Shown: positions 44,462 to 54,230 of the stretch, one piece after another
Numbering within the stretch: position 1 is the stretch's first letter
How the letters are laid out: each line of letters starts with the position of its first letter
From: Acidimicrobiia bacterium
GTDB lineage: Bacteria > Actinomycetota > Acidimicrobiia > Spongiisociales > UBA5794
Reading direction: 5' to 3'
Length of the DNA: 64,000 bases
Assembly (NCBI GenBank): GCA_030066875.1
Contig: JASJAS010000005.1
Location: 6,080 to 70,079, forward strand
Notes under the pieces: model-generated
What the model was told of the DNA's origin: nothing
Seen by the model: only the letters and a program-made list of their open reading frames with translations
Database searches by the model: none
Made by a program: the position numbers and the translations under genes

Positions 44462-45424
44462 CTAGCGTTCATCGAATCTCCACAGCCCCGCGTCTCGGGC
44501 GGCCGCGTAGGCCGCCTCCATCTCGACGGGCCTCACCCGTCTGTTGACGTCGCGATAGCGGTCGCTCCCAGGTACCCGATGCTCCGGCCGATACTGCCCC
44601 ATGATGTTGACGTAGGTGTCAGTAGAGAGTTCGTTTGCAAGCCAGCCGAAGATCTGGCGTGCGTCACTCAGCTGTCCCGGCATCACGAGGTGCCGGACGA
44701 GGACACCGCGTTGCGCCAGGCCATTCCGATCCATGGTGAGCACTCCCACCTGGCGGTGCATCTCGGTGATAGCCCGGCGTGCCACCTCCGGGTAGTCACG
44801 TGCCCGTGCGAGACGACGGGCTGTCTCGGGATCCCAGAACTTGAAGTCGGGCATGTAGATGTCGACCAGCCCATCCATCAGCCGCAGCGAAGCCAGCGAG
44901 TCGTAGGCGCTGGTGTTGTAGACAATCGGCACGCGCAGTCCGCGCGGCACTGCGGCCGCGATCGCCTCGACCACCTGCGGTGCTACGTGCTCGGGGGTGA
45001 CGAAGTTGATGTTGTGGCATCCGTTTTCTTGAAGCTGCAGCATCACGTCGGCGATGCCGTCTGCGGACATCTCCGAACCACCCGGCGCCTGCGAGATGTC
45101 CCAGTTCTGGCAGAACACGCATCGCAAGTTGCAGAAGGCAAAGAAGATGGTGCCCGAACCGCGTCTACCGCGGAGACAGTTCTCCTCCCCGAAGTGGGCA
45201 AACGCTGAAGCGAGCCTCGCGTAGCGACCGGTGTGACATGCGGCTGCTTCGTCTCGGAGCCGGTTGTTGTCGCAATTGCGGGGACAAACCCTGCAGCGTT
45301 CCAGCTCAGAAAGGGCGGCGCGGACCTTGGCGTCGAGCTCCCCGCGGCGCCACAGCTCGAGATAGGCCGGCTCGAGATCATTGATCACAAAGCGATCGCT
45401 ACTGCCGGGTTTGGCCGCGCCCAT
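44462..45424 (-). CDS. Radical SAM protein, PflX-like (pyruvate-formate-lyase-activase-related, uncharacterised)
   Basis: AHFGEENCLRGRRGSGTIFFAFCNLRCVFCQNWDIS (CxxxCxxC). The start at 45424 is chosen at MGAAKPG. Confidence 0.8.
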   Translation of the reverse strand: MGAAKPGSSDRFVINDLEPAYLELWRRGELDAKVRAALSELERCRVCPRNCDNNRLRDEAAACHTGRYARLASAFAHFGEENCLRGRRGSGTIFFAFCNLRCVFCQNWDISQAPGGSEMSADGIADVMLQLQENGCHNINFVTPEHVAPQVVEAIAAAVPRGLRVPIVYNTSAYDSLASLRLMDGLVDIYMPDFKFWDPETARRLARARDYPEVARRAITEMHRQVGVLTMDRNGLAQRGVLVRHLVMPGQLSDARQIFGWLANELSTDTYVNIMGQYRPEHRVPGSDRYRDVNRRVRPVEMEAAYAAARDAGLWRFDER

Positions 45425-45461
45425 GGTGTCAGCGTATCGGATGCGATCCTGCCGTGGCCGG

Positions 45462-45770
45462 CTAGAAGCGCACTTCGAAACGGTGCAACGTGAGGTCCGG
45501 TTCGACCTCAGCAACGTCCAGTGACGTAACGTGAGCCGACCGCGGCCCCTCTTCGAGGAAGGCGGCGAACTGAGCCACGGCGTCGTCGGGTCCCTGGGCC
45601 CAGGTTTCAACCGATCCATCGCGGCGGTTGCGCACCCAGCCGACCACGCCCAATCTGCGGGCCGCGTTCTCGGTCGAGTAGCGGAATCCCACGCCCTGAA
45701 CTCGCCCGGTGACGATCACGTTGATGGCAGTCGTGTTGTAGAGGGCGGGGTGTCGAGCATCATCCGTCAT
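45462..45770 (-). CDS. acyP: Acylphosphatase
   Basis: VTGRVQGVGFRY signature. The start lies 1 nt after the AMMECR1 stop. Confidence 0.8.
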   Translation of the reverse strand: MTDDARHPALYNTTAINVIVTGRVQGVGFRYSTENAARRLGVVGWVRNRRDGSVETWAQGPDDAVAQFAAFLEEGPRSAHVTSLDVAEVEPDLTLHRFEVRF

Positions 45771-45771
45771 A

Positions 45772-46308
45772 TCAGATGATGATGGTGGCCGGGAAGCGGT
45801 AAAGGCGAATCGGGTCGTATGGCGAGAACGAGGCCTTCTTGAGCACGAGATCGACCTGCTGTGCCACAGTAGTGATGCCGGGAAGTGCGGGGAGCAGCAA
45901 GCCCGTGCGCCCACCGGGCCCCTCCACGAGAACACCGAACCGGGCCGGGTCGAGTTCGTCGAGGTTCTCGACGGGCTCGGTCTCACCCAACAGATAGACG
46001 GTCACGTGGAGGTCGTCGACCTCGCCCGGGGCAAGGGGAGGAAAGCGAGGATCCGAAACCGCGGCAGCAACCGCTGATTGAGCGATCTCACGGCCCAGCG
46101 TCCGCTCGCGAGGTCGGTAAGAGCCAACGCAACCGCGCAGTGGGCCGTCGGCCTCGCCCGGAGGCGGTGTCTGGTGGAGCGAGACAAACACGCCACACGG
46201 CGGCGGATCGTCTCGGCGCGACCCGGGATCGAGTATCTCGCCGGTGGCTAGGTAGTGCCTGATGGCTTTCCTGGCCAGAGCAACGTAGCGGTGTTCTTCT
46301 GCCGTCAC
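45772..46308 (-). CDS. AMMECR1-domain protein (AmmeMemoRadiSam system protein A-like)
   Basis: LRGCVGS motif. Confidence 0.8.
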   Translation of the reverse strand: MTAEEHRYVALARKAIRHYLATGEILDPGSRRDDPPPCGVFVSLHQTPPPGEADGPLRGCVGSYRPRERTLGREIAQSAVAAAVSDPRFPPLAPGEVDDLHVTVYLLGETEPVENLDELDPARFGVLVEGPGGRTGLLLPALPGITTVAQQVDLVLKKASFSPYDPIRLYRFPATIII

Positions 46309-46412
46309 AGTTCCAACCTATTCGCCCGCACGCTACGAGTGAAGAGGGATTAGGAAACCGTGGAATCTCGGCGCTCGTCTGCGTATGTTGGTTGGGTAGG
46401 GAGAAGGGACCC

Positions 46413-47204
46413 ATGAGTTCATCGGTTCGTCATGCCGCCGTTGCCGGCAGTTTCTACCCGCTGGATCCGGAGGCGTTGCGCCGCTCGGTCCGCCATCACC
46501 TCGACTCGGCCGCGATTCTCGAGCTTGGCTTCCGCCTGCGGGTCTTGATTGTCCCGCACGCTGGATACATCTATTCGGGTCCGATCGCGGGCACCGGCTA
46601 TAGGCTGCTGGAAGGCGCGGAGCCGCCCGACCGAGTCGTGATGCTCGGGCCTTCGCACTATGTGCCCTTCTCCGGGCTGGCCCTGCCCGACGCCGACCTG
46701 CTGGCAACACCGCTCGGCAGAGTTGCGGTCGATAAAGCCGTAGCGGACACCCTGTTGGCTCACCCGCTGGTACAAGGTTCGAGCGAGGCCCATAGTCGCG
46801 AGCATTCACTCGAGGTTCAACTTCCATTCCTCCAGACCGTCCTTCCCGACGTTCCGGTGGTTCCACTGGTAACCGGCACTGTCGATCCCGCAGCCGCCGC
46901 AGACTTGGTCGAGTCGATTCTCGACAAAGCAACTCTGCTGTTGGTCTCCTCCGACCTGTCTCACTTCCACGACTCGGCGACGGCACGCCGCCTCGATGCA
47001 CAAACCGTGGCGGCCATCGAGCGACTCGATCCGGATGCGCTCGACTGGGAGTCGGCGTGCGGGAGGACGGGAATCCAGATAGCTCTCCACATCGCAGCAC
47101 GTCGAGGCTATCGGGTTCAGGTCCTCGACCTGCGCAACTCAGCGGACACCGCAGGCTCTCCCGATAGGGTCGTCGGCTATCCCTGCATCGCGATGGGGGC
47201 CTGA
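46413..47204 (+). CDS. MEMO1-family protein (AmmeMemoRadiSam system protein B-like)
   Basis: AGSFYP, PHAGYIYSG and EHSLEVQLPFL motifs. GGGAGAAGGG RBS precedes the ATG at 46413. Confidence 0.8.
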   Translation: MSSSVRHAAVAGSFYPLDPEALRRSVRHHLDSAAILELGFRLRVLIVPHAGYIYSGPIAGTGYRLLEGAEPPDRVVMLGPSHYVPFSGLALPDADLLATPLGRVAVDKAVADTLLAHPLVQGSSEAHSREHSLEVQLPFLQTVLPDVPVVPLVTGTVDPAAAADLVESILDKATLLLVSSDLSHFHDSATARRLDAQTVAAIERLDPDALDWESACGRTGIQIALHIAARRGYRVQVLDLRNSADTAGSPDRVVGYPCIAMGA

Positions 47205-47206
47205 AC

Positions 47207-48334
47207 TCAGCTCTTCCAGCCGGCGATCCGGACCGGTCTGCGGCCGGGCCCCCAGTCACCGGGGTGAGCCTCGAAGACCCCTGCACAGGCAACACCGCAA
47301 CTCGAGCATCGTCCTTCGCCATCGAGTCGCCAGTCGCCGAGCCGATACCAATCTCGTTCGATGACGCTGTCGCTACAGGCGTGGCAGTAGGTGGTCTGGC
47401 CGTCGGGGTCGTGGACGTTCCCGGTGTATACGTAGCGTTCCCCGTTGGCTACTGCTATCTCTCGTGCCCTAGTCAACGTCGTCGGCGGGGTGCGGGGCCG
47501 ATCCATCATCTTGAAGTCGGGGTGAAATGCAGTGAAATGGTGCGGGACTGCCGGGCCGAGGTTGTCAACCACCCACTTCGTCATCTGGTCAATCTCCTCA
47601 TCCGAGTCGTTCAGGCCGGGGATCAAGAGCGTGGTGATCTCGAGCCACACGTCCGTCCGGTTAGCGACGTAGTCCAGTGTGTCGAGGACCGGTCTGAGCG
47701 ATCCGGCGCATACCCGGTGATAGAACTGCTCAGTAAAGGCCTTGAGGTCGATGTTTGCCGCGTCCATGTGCTCGTAGAACTCGCGGCGCGGTTCGGGATT
47801 GACGTACCCGGCCGTGACCGCGACGGTCTTGATGCCGGCGGCGTTGGCGGCGCGTGCCGAATCGATTGCATATTCGTGGAAGACCGTGGGGTCGTTATAG
47901 GTGTAGGCGATGCTACGGCACCCCAGCTCCCGGGCAGCGGCGGCAAGTTTGGCGGGAGACGCCTGATCGGCGAGCACGTCGTATTCCTTGGCCTTCGAGA
48001 TGTCCCAGTTCTGACAGAAGCGGCAGGCGAGGTTGCAACCTGCCGTGCCGAAAGACAGGACTGCGGTTCCGGGGAGGAAATGATTGAGCGGCTTCTTCTC
48101 GATGGGGTCAACGCAGAAGCCGCTTGATCGACCGTAGGTCGTCAACACGATCTCATCGTCGATTCGTGCCCTGACGTAGCAAAGACCTCGCTGGCCTTCG
48201 CGCAGTTTGCACTCGCGGGGACAGACGTCGCACTGAATCCGCCCGTCGTCGAGCAGATGCCAGTAGTGGGTAGCCACCACCGACCCCGGTGCTCCGAGGT
48301 CGTCACGGGTCACAACCGGCTTGGTGTCACTCAT
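47207..48334 (-). CDS. AmmeMemoRadiSam-system-type radical SAM enzyme
   Basis: GTAGCNLACRFCQNWDIS and a C-terminal Cys-rich tail. It is convergent with the MEMO gene, with a 2-nt gap. Confidence 0.8.
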   Translation of the reverse strand: MSDTKPVVTRDDLGAPGSVVATHYWHLLDDGRIQCDVCPRECKLREGQRGLCYVRARIDDEIVLTTYGRSSGFCVDPIEKKPLNHFLPGTAVLSFGTAGCNLACRFCQNWDISKAKEYDVLADQASPAKLAAAARELGCRSIAYTYNDPTVFHEYAIDSARAANAAGIKTVAVTAGYVNPEPRREFYEHMDAANIDLKAFTEQFYHRVCAGSLRPVLDTLDYVANRTDVWLEITTLLIPGLNDSDEEIDQMTKWVVDNLGPAVPHHFTAFHPDFKMMDRPRTPPTTLTRAREIAVANGERYVYTGNVHDPDGQTTYCHACSDSVIERDWYRLGDWRLDGEGRCSSCGVACAGVFEAHPGDWGPGRRPVRIAGWKS

Positions 48335-48391
48335 CGCAACTCTCCTCTAGACCGAGCATACGCCGTTAATCGTTATGATCGATCCGTGGAG

Positions 48392-49381
48392 ATGAAGCTT
48401 CGTCTTGCGGTTGTCGGGGTCGGTCGTATGGGGGCTTACCACGCTCGCGCCTTGGCCGGCTCACAGTCAATCGACGTTGTCGCGGTCAGCGACGCCAACG
48501 AGCCCGTAGCGGCGGCAATCGCGGCCGAGCTCGGTGCGGTTGCGTTGACGCTTGAGAATCTGGAATCCCAGCCGGATATCGAGGCCTGGCTGGTTGCAAC
48601 GCCAACGACGACCCATCCCGAAGTCGTGCGGCGCGCCCTTGTTGCCGGGGTGCACGTGTTCTGCGAGAAGCCGCTTGCGCTGGATCCGGAGGAGAGTGCC
48701 GAGTTGGGGGCACGGGCGGAGAAGTCCGGCCTCGTCCTGCAGGTTGGGTTCTGGCGTAGGTTTGCGCCGCCTTGGGCCTCGGCAAAACAACTCATCGATT
48801 CGGGTGCGATCGGTAGGCCGCTGCTCGTGCGTTTGTCGCAATGGGATGCCGATCCTCCGCCCGCCAGCTTCTGCGACCCGGCGAGCAGTGGCGGGCTCGC
48901 CATCGATTGTGGTGTTCATGAGTTCGACCTTGCGGAGTGGCTCACCGGGCTCCGAGTGCAAACGGCGACGGCACGCAATCTACCGTTGGTCGACGCTTCG
49001 CTTGCCGGAGTCGGCGACGTCGACAACCTTGTCGCAGTGCTCGATCTGGAGGACGGCGCTGTGGCCACCGTCGATTTGAGTCGCAACTGCCGATACGGCG
49101 ATGACGTGCGAACGGAGGTACTCGGTGCCGAGGGTGCCGTGTTCATCGATCTGCTGCCGACCAGCCGGACGCGGTTAGCCACTGCTGCCGGGACCGAGAT
49201 AGTCGCAGACTCAGTCACGCCGGACGCCTTTGAAGCCGGCATTCTGAGCCAGGCCGAGGTCTTTGCTCGGGCCGTTCGCGGCGAGCATGCGGAGTATCCC
49301 GGGGCCGCGGCTAGCACGCGAGCGGTCACAATCGGCCTTGCGGTGCGCAGCGCCGCAGCCGGCGACCCGGTTGCGATCTGA
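48392..49381 (+). CDS. Gfo/Idh/MocA-family oxidoreductase
   Basis: MKLRLAVVGVGRMGAYHA and FCEKPL motifs. An alternative GTG start lies at 48386. The ORF-track start at 48257 overlaps the neighbouring gene. Confidence 0.8.
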   Translation: MKLRLAVVGVGRMGAYHARALAGSQSIDVVAVSDANEPVAAAIAAELGAVALTLENLESQPDIEAWLVATPTTTHPEVVRRALVAGVHVFCEKPLALDPEESAELGARAEKSGLVLQVGFWRRFAPPWASAKQLIDSGAIGRPLLVRLSQWDADPPPASFCDPASSGGLAIDCGVHEFDLAEWLTGLRVQTATARNLPLVDASLAGVGDVDNLVAVLDLEDGAVATVDLSRNCRYGDDVRTEVLGAEGAVFIDLLPTSRTRLATAAGTEIVADSVTPDAFEAGILSQAEVFARAVRGEHAEYPGAAASTRAVTIGLAVRSAAAGDPVAI

Positions 49382-49398
49382 ATCGGAGGCAGCATCTC

Positions 49399-50163
49399 AT
49401 GAACAATCCGGACTTCCGACTCGACGGCGATGTAGCCGTGGTCACCGGCGCAAGCAAGGGCATCGGTCGCGACCTGGCCAAGGCGCTCGCCGCAGCCGGA
49501 GCGCGAGTGGCCGTAGCGGCGCGTAGTAGTGCGGAGCTCGATTCGCTAGTCGGTGAAATCGAGGCAGCCGGCGGTGAGGCTCTGGCCGTCGAACTCGATG
49601 TGCGCGCCACGGATCAAATCGAAGCTGCGATGAGCCGGGTGACGGATCGATTCGGATCGCTCGACATTCTTGTGAACAACGCGGGTCTCGGAGCCAACCA
49701 CCCAGCTGAGGAAATCACCCCGGCCGATTGGGATGAGATGATGGCGGTCAACCTGCGCGGGCTGTTCTTCTGTTGTCAAGCCGCCGGGCGCATCATGCTG
49801 CAGCAGGGGCGGGGTCGGATCATCAATATGAGCTCGCAGGCCGGGGTCGTCGGAATACGTGACCATGCCGTCTATTCAGCATCCAAAGGTGCGGTCAATC
49901 TGCTGACCAAAGTATTGGCGCTCGAATGGTCGTCCCGCGGAGTAACCGTCAACGCGGTTGCGCCTACCTTCATATACACACCGGGGACAGCGGCGCGGCT
50001 GGATCAGCCGGAGTACCTAGCGGGCGTTCTCGACCGGCTGCCGATCGGCCGGGTGGGGACTACGACTGACGTTGCCGGCGCCGTCATCTACCTCGCGTCC
50101 CCGGCGGGAGGCATGGTTTCGGGCCATGTGCTGCTGGTCGACGGTGGGTGGACGGCCCAATAA
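49399..50163 (+). CDS. Short-chain dehydrogenase/reductase (SDR)
   Basis: TGASKGIGRDLA and YSASKGAV motifs. GGAGG RBS. Confidence 0.85.
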   Translation: MNNPDFRLDGDVAVVTGASKGIGRDLAKALAAAGARVAVAARSSAELDSLVGEIEAAGGEALAVELDVRATDQIEAAMSRVTDRFGSLDILVNNAGLGANHPAEEITPADWDEMMAVNLRGLFFCCQAAGRIMLQQGRGRIINMSSQAGVVGIRDHAVYSASKGAVNLLTKVLALEWSSRGVTVNAVAPTFIYTPGTAARLDQPEYLAGVLDRLPIGRVGTTTDVAGAVIYLASPAGGMVSGHVLLVDGGWTAQ

Positions 50164-51017
50164 TCGTGGTGAACCTGCAATCCCATGTTGCCGCCGCGCT
50201 GGACGCCGACGTCATCGCGATGACACCGCTGGGCGGTGGCGATGTTGCCGATTCGTACCGAGTCCTGCTCGACGACGGAACCACCGTCTTCGCCAAGACC
50301 AAAGCCGCAGCCGTGCCCGGTTTCTTCATCACGGAGGCAGCTGGTCTGGCCTGGCTGCGCGACGCGGCAGCAGTCGCAGTCCCGGCGGTGCTGGCCGTTT
50401 CCGACGAACCCGCGTTCCTCATCCAGGAATGGATCGAACCGGGCTACCCGACGGCAACCACTGAGGCCGACTTGGGGATGGCACTGGCGGAGTTACACGA
50501 CAGCGGTGCTCCGCACTTCGGCCGGGAGGATCGGCGCAGCACCGGCAGCCGTGGCTTGCCCAATGAGCCCTGTGGCACCTGGGCCGAGTTCTATGCAACG
50601 CAGCGGCTGATTCCGCTAGCCCGGTTAGCGCACGACGGCCACGCCCTCCCTACAAGTGCCATTGACTCGCTCGAGAAGGTCGCCGAGCGCATCGACGAGC
50701 TGGTTGGTCCGGATGAACCTCCGGCCCGCCTCCATGGCGACCTCTGGGGCGGGAACAGGCTTGTTGGAGCCGGAGGTGTCAGCTGGCTGATCGATCCCGC
50801 GGCCCACGGCGGCCACCGCGAGTTCGATCTCGCCATGATGAGACTCTTCGGCGGCTTTGGTGAAGACTGCTACGCCGCGTATCAGGGAATCGCCCCGCTG
50901 GCGGACGGATGGGTCGAACGTATCCCGCTCCACCAACTGGCCCCGCTGGTCGTTCACTCGATCAAGTTCGGCGGCGCCTACGTCCCGGCCACGCAGCAAG
51001 CGCTCGCCGCCCTTTGA
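50148..51017 (+). CDS. Fructosamine/ketosamine-3-kinase-family protein
   Basis: HGDLWGGN catalytic loop. The start may instead be the GTG at 50166. Confidence 0.75.
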   Translation: MDGPIIVVNLQSHVAAALDADVIAMTPLGGGDVADSYRVLLDDGTTVFAKTKAAAVPGFFITEAAGLAWLRDAAAVAVPAVLAVSDEPAFLIQEWIEPGYPTATTEADLGMALAELHDSGAPHFGREDRRSTGSRGLPNEPCGTWAEFYATQRLIPLARLAHDGHALPTSAIDSLEKVAERIDELVGPDEPPARLHGDLWGGNRLVGAGGVSWLIDPAAHGGHREFDLAMMRLFGGFGEDCYAAYQGIAPLADGWVERIPLHQLAPLVVHSIKFGGAYVPATQQALAAL

Positions 51018-51026
51018 CTCGAGTCG

Positions 51027-51593
51027 CTAGGCCGGTTCGTTCCCCGGCTTCCACTTGATCGAGCAACCCAGCGACGGATACTGCTCGGCGGGCACGGCGA
51101 CCCCGGCGACGACAGCGTCTACAGCGGCCCGTAGATCGCGGCCGGTGACGGGCACATCTGAATTGGGGCGCGATTCGTCAAAGCGGCCGCGATAGACCAG
51201 TGCCCGATCCGGGCCGAAGACGAAGAAGTCAGGGGTGCACGCGGCGGTATAGGCCTTGGCCACCTCTTGGGTCTCGTCGTAGAGCACCGGGAACGTGTAC
51301 CCAAACTCTCGAGCAACCGCGCCGAGCCTGTCCGGCCCGTCATCGGGATAACTCACAGCATCGTTGGAGCCGATACCGACGATCGATACGTTTTGGTCTA
51401 CATAGTCTTTTCCGAATTCCACGAGGCCCTGCTGGACGTGTTTCACGTACGGGCAGTGGTTGCAGAGGAATATCACTACCAGCGCAGCACCGTCGAGTTC
51501 GGTCAATCCGACGAGGTTGCCGCTTACCGTGTCGGTGAGTTTGAAGTCCGGTGCGGGTGTACCGAGGGGAAGCATCGTTGATTCGACTGCCAT
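51027..51593 (-). CDS. Thioredoxin-fold (AhpC/TSA-like) thiol-disulfide oxidoreductase
   Basis: PAPDFKL and FLCNHCPYV (CxxC) motifs. The start at 51593 is chosen at MAVESTML. Confidence 0.7.
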   Translation of the reverse strand: MAVESTMLPLGTPAPDFKLTDTVSGNLVGLTELDGAALVVIFLCNHCPYVKHVQQGLVEFGKDYVDQNVSIVGIGSNDAVSYPDDGPDRLGAVAREFGYTFPVLYDETQEVAKAYTAACTPDFFVFGPDRALVYRGRFDESRPNSDVPVTGRDLRAAVDAVVAGVAVPAEQYPSLGCSIKWKPGNEPA

Positions 51594-51688
51594 GGCGCCT
51601 CCTGATAACTGCCTGAGGTACCCAGCATAGGTGGCTGTGCCGGGCTCGATCGCAGACAGAATTCCAGCGCGCATGCTAGTTTTCTGGC

Positions 51689-52684
51689 ATGAGACTTCGC
51701 GAGGAGCGGTTGCGCGCCGGTTTCACCCAGGCCGAGCTGGCAGCGCGAGCCGGCGTGAGCCGCCAGCTGGTCGGTTCCGTCGAAACCGGCCGGCACGTGC
51801 CACGGGTCGACGCAGCGTTGGCTCTAGCTGAGGCGCTCGGACTTGACGTCGGCGAGTTATTCGCCGCGGAAGCGGAGACCAAAGACATCATTTCTGGTCT
51901 GGTCCCCGCCGAGGGCGAGGCCGTCCGCTACAGCCGGGTTGGCGACCAAGTTGTGACCGCACCTGCCAGGGTGGGACCCGACGGCTGGGATGTTGCCGAC
52001 GGTTTGATCGAAGACGGCTCAGTTGCCGTGGCGATGCGCCCTGCTCTGGGCTTTGCTGTCGCAGGGTGCGAGCCGGGCCTCGAGGTGTTGGAACGGATCT
52101 TGCGCGAGCAGGGCGTGGGAGCGGTCGCCGCCACAGCATCGAGTCAGGCGGCGATTGCGGCTCTGCAAGCCGGTCGGCTACATGCCGCGGTCGTGCATGC
52201 ACCCGACCCGACCAGCGTCTACAAGCGCGATGATGCAACCGTTGCGAGGTACCAATTGGCCCGCTGGCGTGCCGGCCTGGCTGCGGCGGCCGACACAGGC
52301 CCTACCTGGTGGCAGGACGCCCTGCACGGCCGGGTGGCCGTTGTCCAACGTGAAGCCGGCGCCGGTGTGCAACGGGCATTCGAGAACGCCACGGTGGCAG
52401 ATCTCCCGATCCCGGGTCCGCGTGTCCATAGCCACATAGCTGCGGCGCGCCGGGCGGCGATCAGTGGACTCCCCGCAGTGACCATCGAGCCGGCGGCACT
52501 GGCAGCCGGCATCCGGTTCCATGCGCTCGAGGATCACGCGGTCGAGCTTTGGGTGGTTGGCGAACGGCTGGCTGATGCTGGGGTCGCTGCCGCCATGGAG
52601 GTCCTCGTCGGGACTCGTTTCCGACAGAGGCTCGCTTCGATTGGAGGCTACGACCTCACCGACATAGGGAAACGTGTCACATGA
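51689..52684 (+). CDS. XRE-type HTH regulator fused to a periplasmic-binding-protein-like sensor domain
   Basis: The N-terminus FTQAELAARAGVSRQLVGSVETG is an HTH. The long C-terminal domain and a 4-nt overlap with modA complete the picture. Confidence 0.65.
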   Translation: MRLREERLRAGFTQAELAARAGVSRQLVGSVETGRHVPRVDAALALAEALGLDVGELFAAEAETKDIISGLVPAEGEAVRYSRVGDQVVTAPARVGPDGWDVADGLIEDGSVAVAMRPALGFAVAGCEPGLEVLERILREQGVGAVAATASSQAAIAALQAGRLHAAVVHAPDPTSVYKRDDATVARYQLARWRAGLAAAADTGPTWWQDALHGRVAVVQREAGAGVQRAFENATVADLPIPGPRVHSHIAAARRAAISGLPAVTIEPAALAAGIRFHALEDHAVELWVVGERLADAGVAAAMEVLVGTRFRQRLASIGGYDLTDIGKRVT

Positions 52685-53421
52685 GCGGGCGGGTTGCCAG
52701 TGCTCTGTTGGCGGGTGTGCTCTCCGCCTGCAGCCCTGGTGGAGCGAGCGCCGAGGTGCTGGTCTCAGCGGCAGCTTCGTTGACGGACGTCTTCGCCGAA
52801 ATCGAGGATGCCTTCGAAACCGCAAATCCGGCCGTCGATGTCATCTTGAACGTGGCCGGAAGTGCGACGCTGCGTGAGCAGATCACGGCGGGAGCACCAG
52901 CCGATGTCTTTGCATCTGCCGACCTACGCAACATCACGGTGTTGAGTGAGGATGGCGCGATCAAGAGCGGTATCACCGTCTTTGCCACGAATCAGCTCGA
53001 GATTGCGGTTCCGCCGGGAAACCCGGCCGGTGTGTCGGGACTCGCGGACTTCGAACGCACGGACTTGCTCGTGGGCCTCTGCGCTCCCGGGGTGCCGTGC
53101 GGTGACTTTGCGCGCTCCGCTCTGCAGTTGGCCGGGGTCACACCTGCCCCGGACACCAACGAACCAAACGTGCGTGCCTTGCTCACCAAGATCGCAGCAG
53201 GCGAACTCGACGCCGGAATCGTCTACACGACGGACGTGGTCGCTGCAGCCAACGGAGTCGACGGGGTCATGATCCCTGCGTCACACAATGTGACAGCCCA
53301 ATATCCCGTGGCGACTCTGATCGACTCGCCCAACCCTGAGGGCGCTGCAGCCTTCGTGGCCTTCGTGCTCTCTCCCTCCGGTCGGTCGATTCTCGCCGAG
53401 CATGGCTTTGGGGTGCCCTAA
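52681..53421 (+). CDS. modA: Molybdate ABC transporter substrate-binding lipoprotein
   Basis: Lipobox LSAC, ModA-like LVSAAASL and IVYTTDV motifs, in the mod gene order. Confidence 0.8.
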   Translation: MSGRVASALLAGVLSACSPGGASAEVLVSAAASLTDVFAEIEDAFETANPAVDVILNVAGSATLREQITAGAPADVFASADLRNITVLSEDGAIKSGITVFATNQLEIAVPPGNPAGVSGLADFERTDLLVGLCAPGVPCGDFARSALQLAGVTPAPDTNEPNVRALLTKIAAGELDAGIVYTTDVVAAANGVDGVMIPASHNVTAQYPVATLIDSPNPEGAAAFVAFVLSPSGRSILAEHGFGVP

Positions 53422-54230
53422 TGGACCGCCCGACTGTGACTAAACGTGGTGTCTCCGGTCCGCCTCTAGTGATCGTTCTACTGGCGGCGGTCGGGTTGGC
53501 GGTCTTTGTCGTGCCCTTGTTCGGCTTGTTGGTCCAGACCCCCTGGGGCGGTTTGGCTCGTCTGTTGAGCAGCGATGTGGTGCTTGATGCGATCCGGTTG
53601 TCCTTGGTGTCCTCGATTGCCGCGACCGTGATATCTGCGGTTGTCGGTGTTCCCCTTGCCTGGCTGCTCGCCCGCGTCGACTTCCCGGGTCGAGCATTGG
53701 TCCGTGGCCTCGTGTTGCTTCCCTTGGTTTTGCCACCGGTCGTAGGCGGAGCCGCACTGCTCTTTGCGCTGGGACGGCGGGGTGTGGTCGGCGAGCCGCT
53801 CTACGAGATGACTGGGCTCGTGCTTCCGTTCTCCACCTGGGGTGTGATCCTCGCGGCGACATTTGTCTCGATGCCGTTCCTCGTCATAACGGTCGAGGGC
53901 GCTCTCAACAGCCTCGACCGTCGCTACGAAGGAGCTGCAGCCAGCCTCGGGGCGAAACGCGGAGCCGTGCTGCGCCGCATCACGCTGCCGTTGATCAGGC
54001 CTTCGCTGGTGGCGGGCTTGGTGCTCGCTTGGGCACGGGCTCTCGGCGAGTTTGGTGCAACCATCACATTTGCCGGGAACCTGCAGGGCCGGACTCAGAC
54101 CCTTCCTCTGGCCGTATTCGTCGCACTGGAGAGTGACCGTGACACCGCAATCGCCCTGAGCCTATTGATGGTCGTCATTTCGCTGACCGTGCTCGTCGTA
54201 TTGCGCAGCCGCTGGTGGCGGCCCTCGTGA
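53421..54230 (+). CDS. modB: Molybdate ABC transporter permease
   Basis: Polytopic protein with the EAA-type loop AASLGAKRGAVLRRITLPL. Confidence 0.8.
   Translation: MDRPTVTKRGVSGPPLVIVLLAAVGLAVFVVPLFGLLVQTPWGGLARLLSSDVVLDAIRLSLVSSIAATVISAVVGVPLAWLLARVDFPGRALVRGLVLLPLVLPPVVGGAALLFALGRRGVVGEPLYEMTGLVLPFSTWGVILAATFVSMPFLVITVEGALNSLDRRYEGAAASLGAKRGAVLRRITLPLIRPSLVAGLVLAWARALGEFGATITFAGNLQGRTQTLPLAVFVALESDRDTAIALSLLMVVISLTVLVVLRSRWWRPS

Noticed and set aside
46333-47322. 329-aa Arg/Pro-rich minus-strand ORF covering the Memo gene region.
   Set aside because: The plus-strand frame carries canonical MEMO motifs (PHAGYIYSG, EHSLEVQLPFL). The antisense product is compositionally implausible.
48362-48386. 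Operator-like sequence CCGTTAATCGTTATGATCGATCC upstream of the second Gfo/Idh/MocA gene.
   Set aside because: The half-sites are one base closer together (TAATCG-TTAT instead of TAATCGATTAT) and the 11-mer core is absent. It may be a degenerate relative, but I cannot support it as an eighth site.
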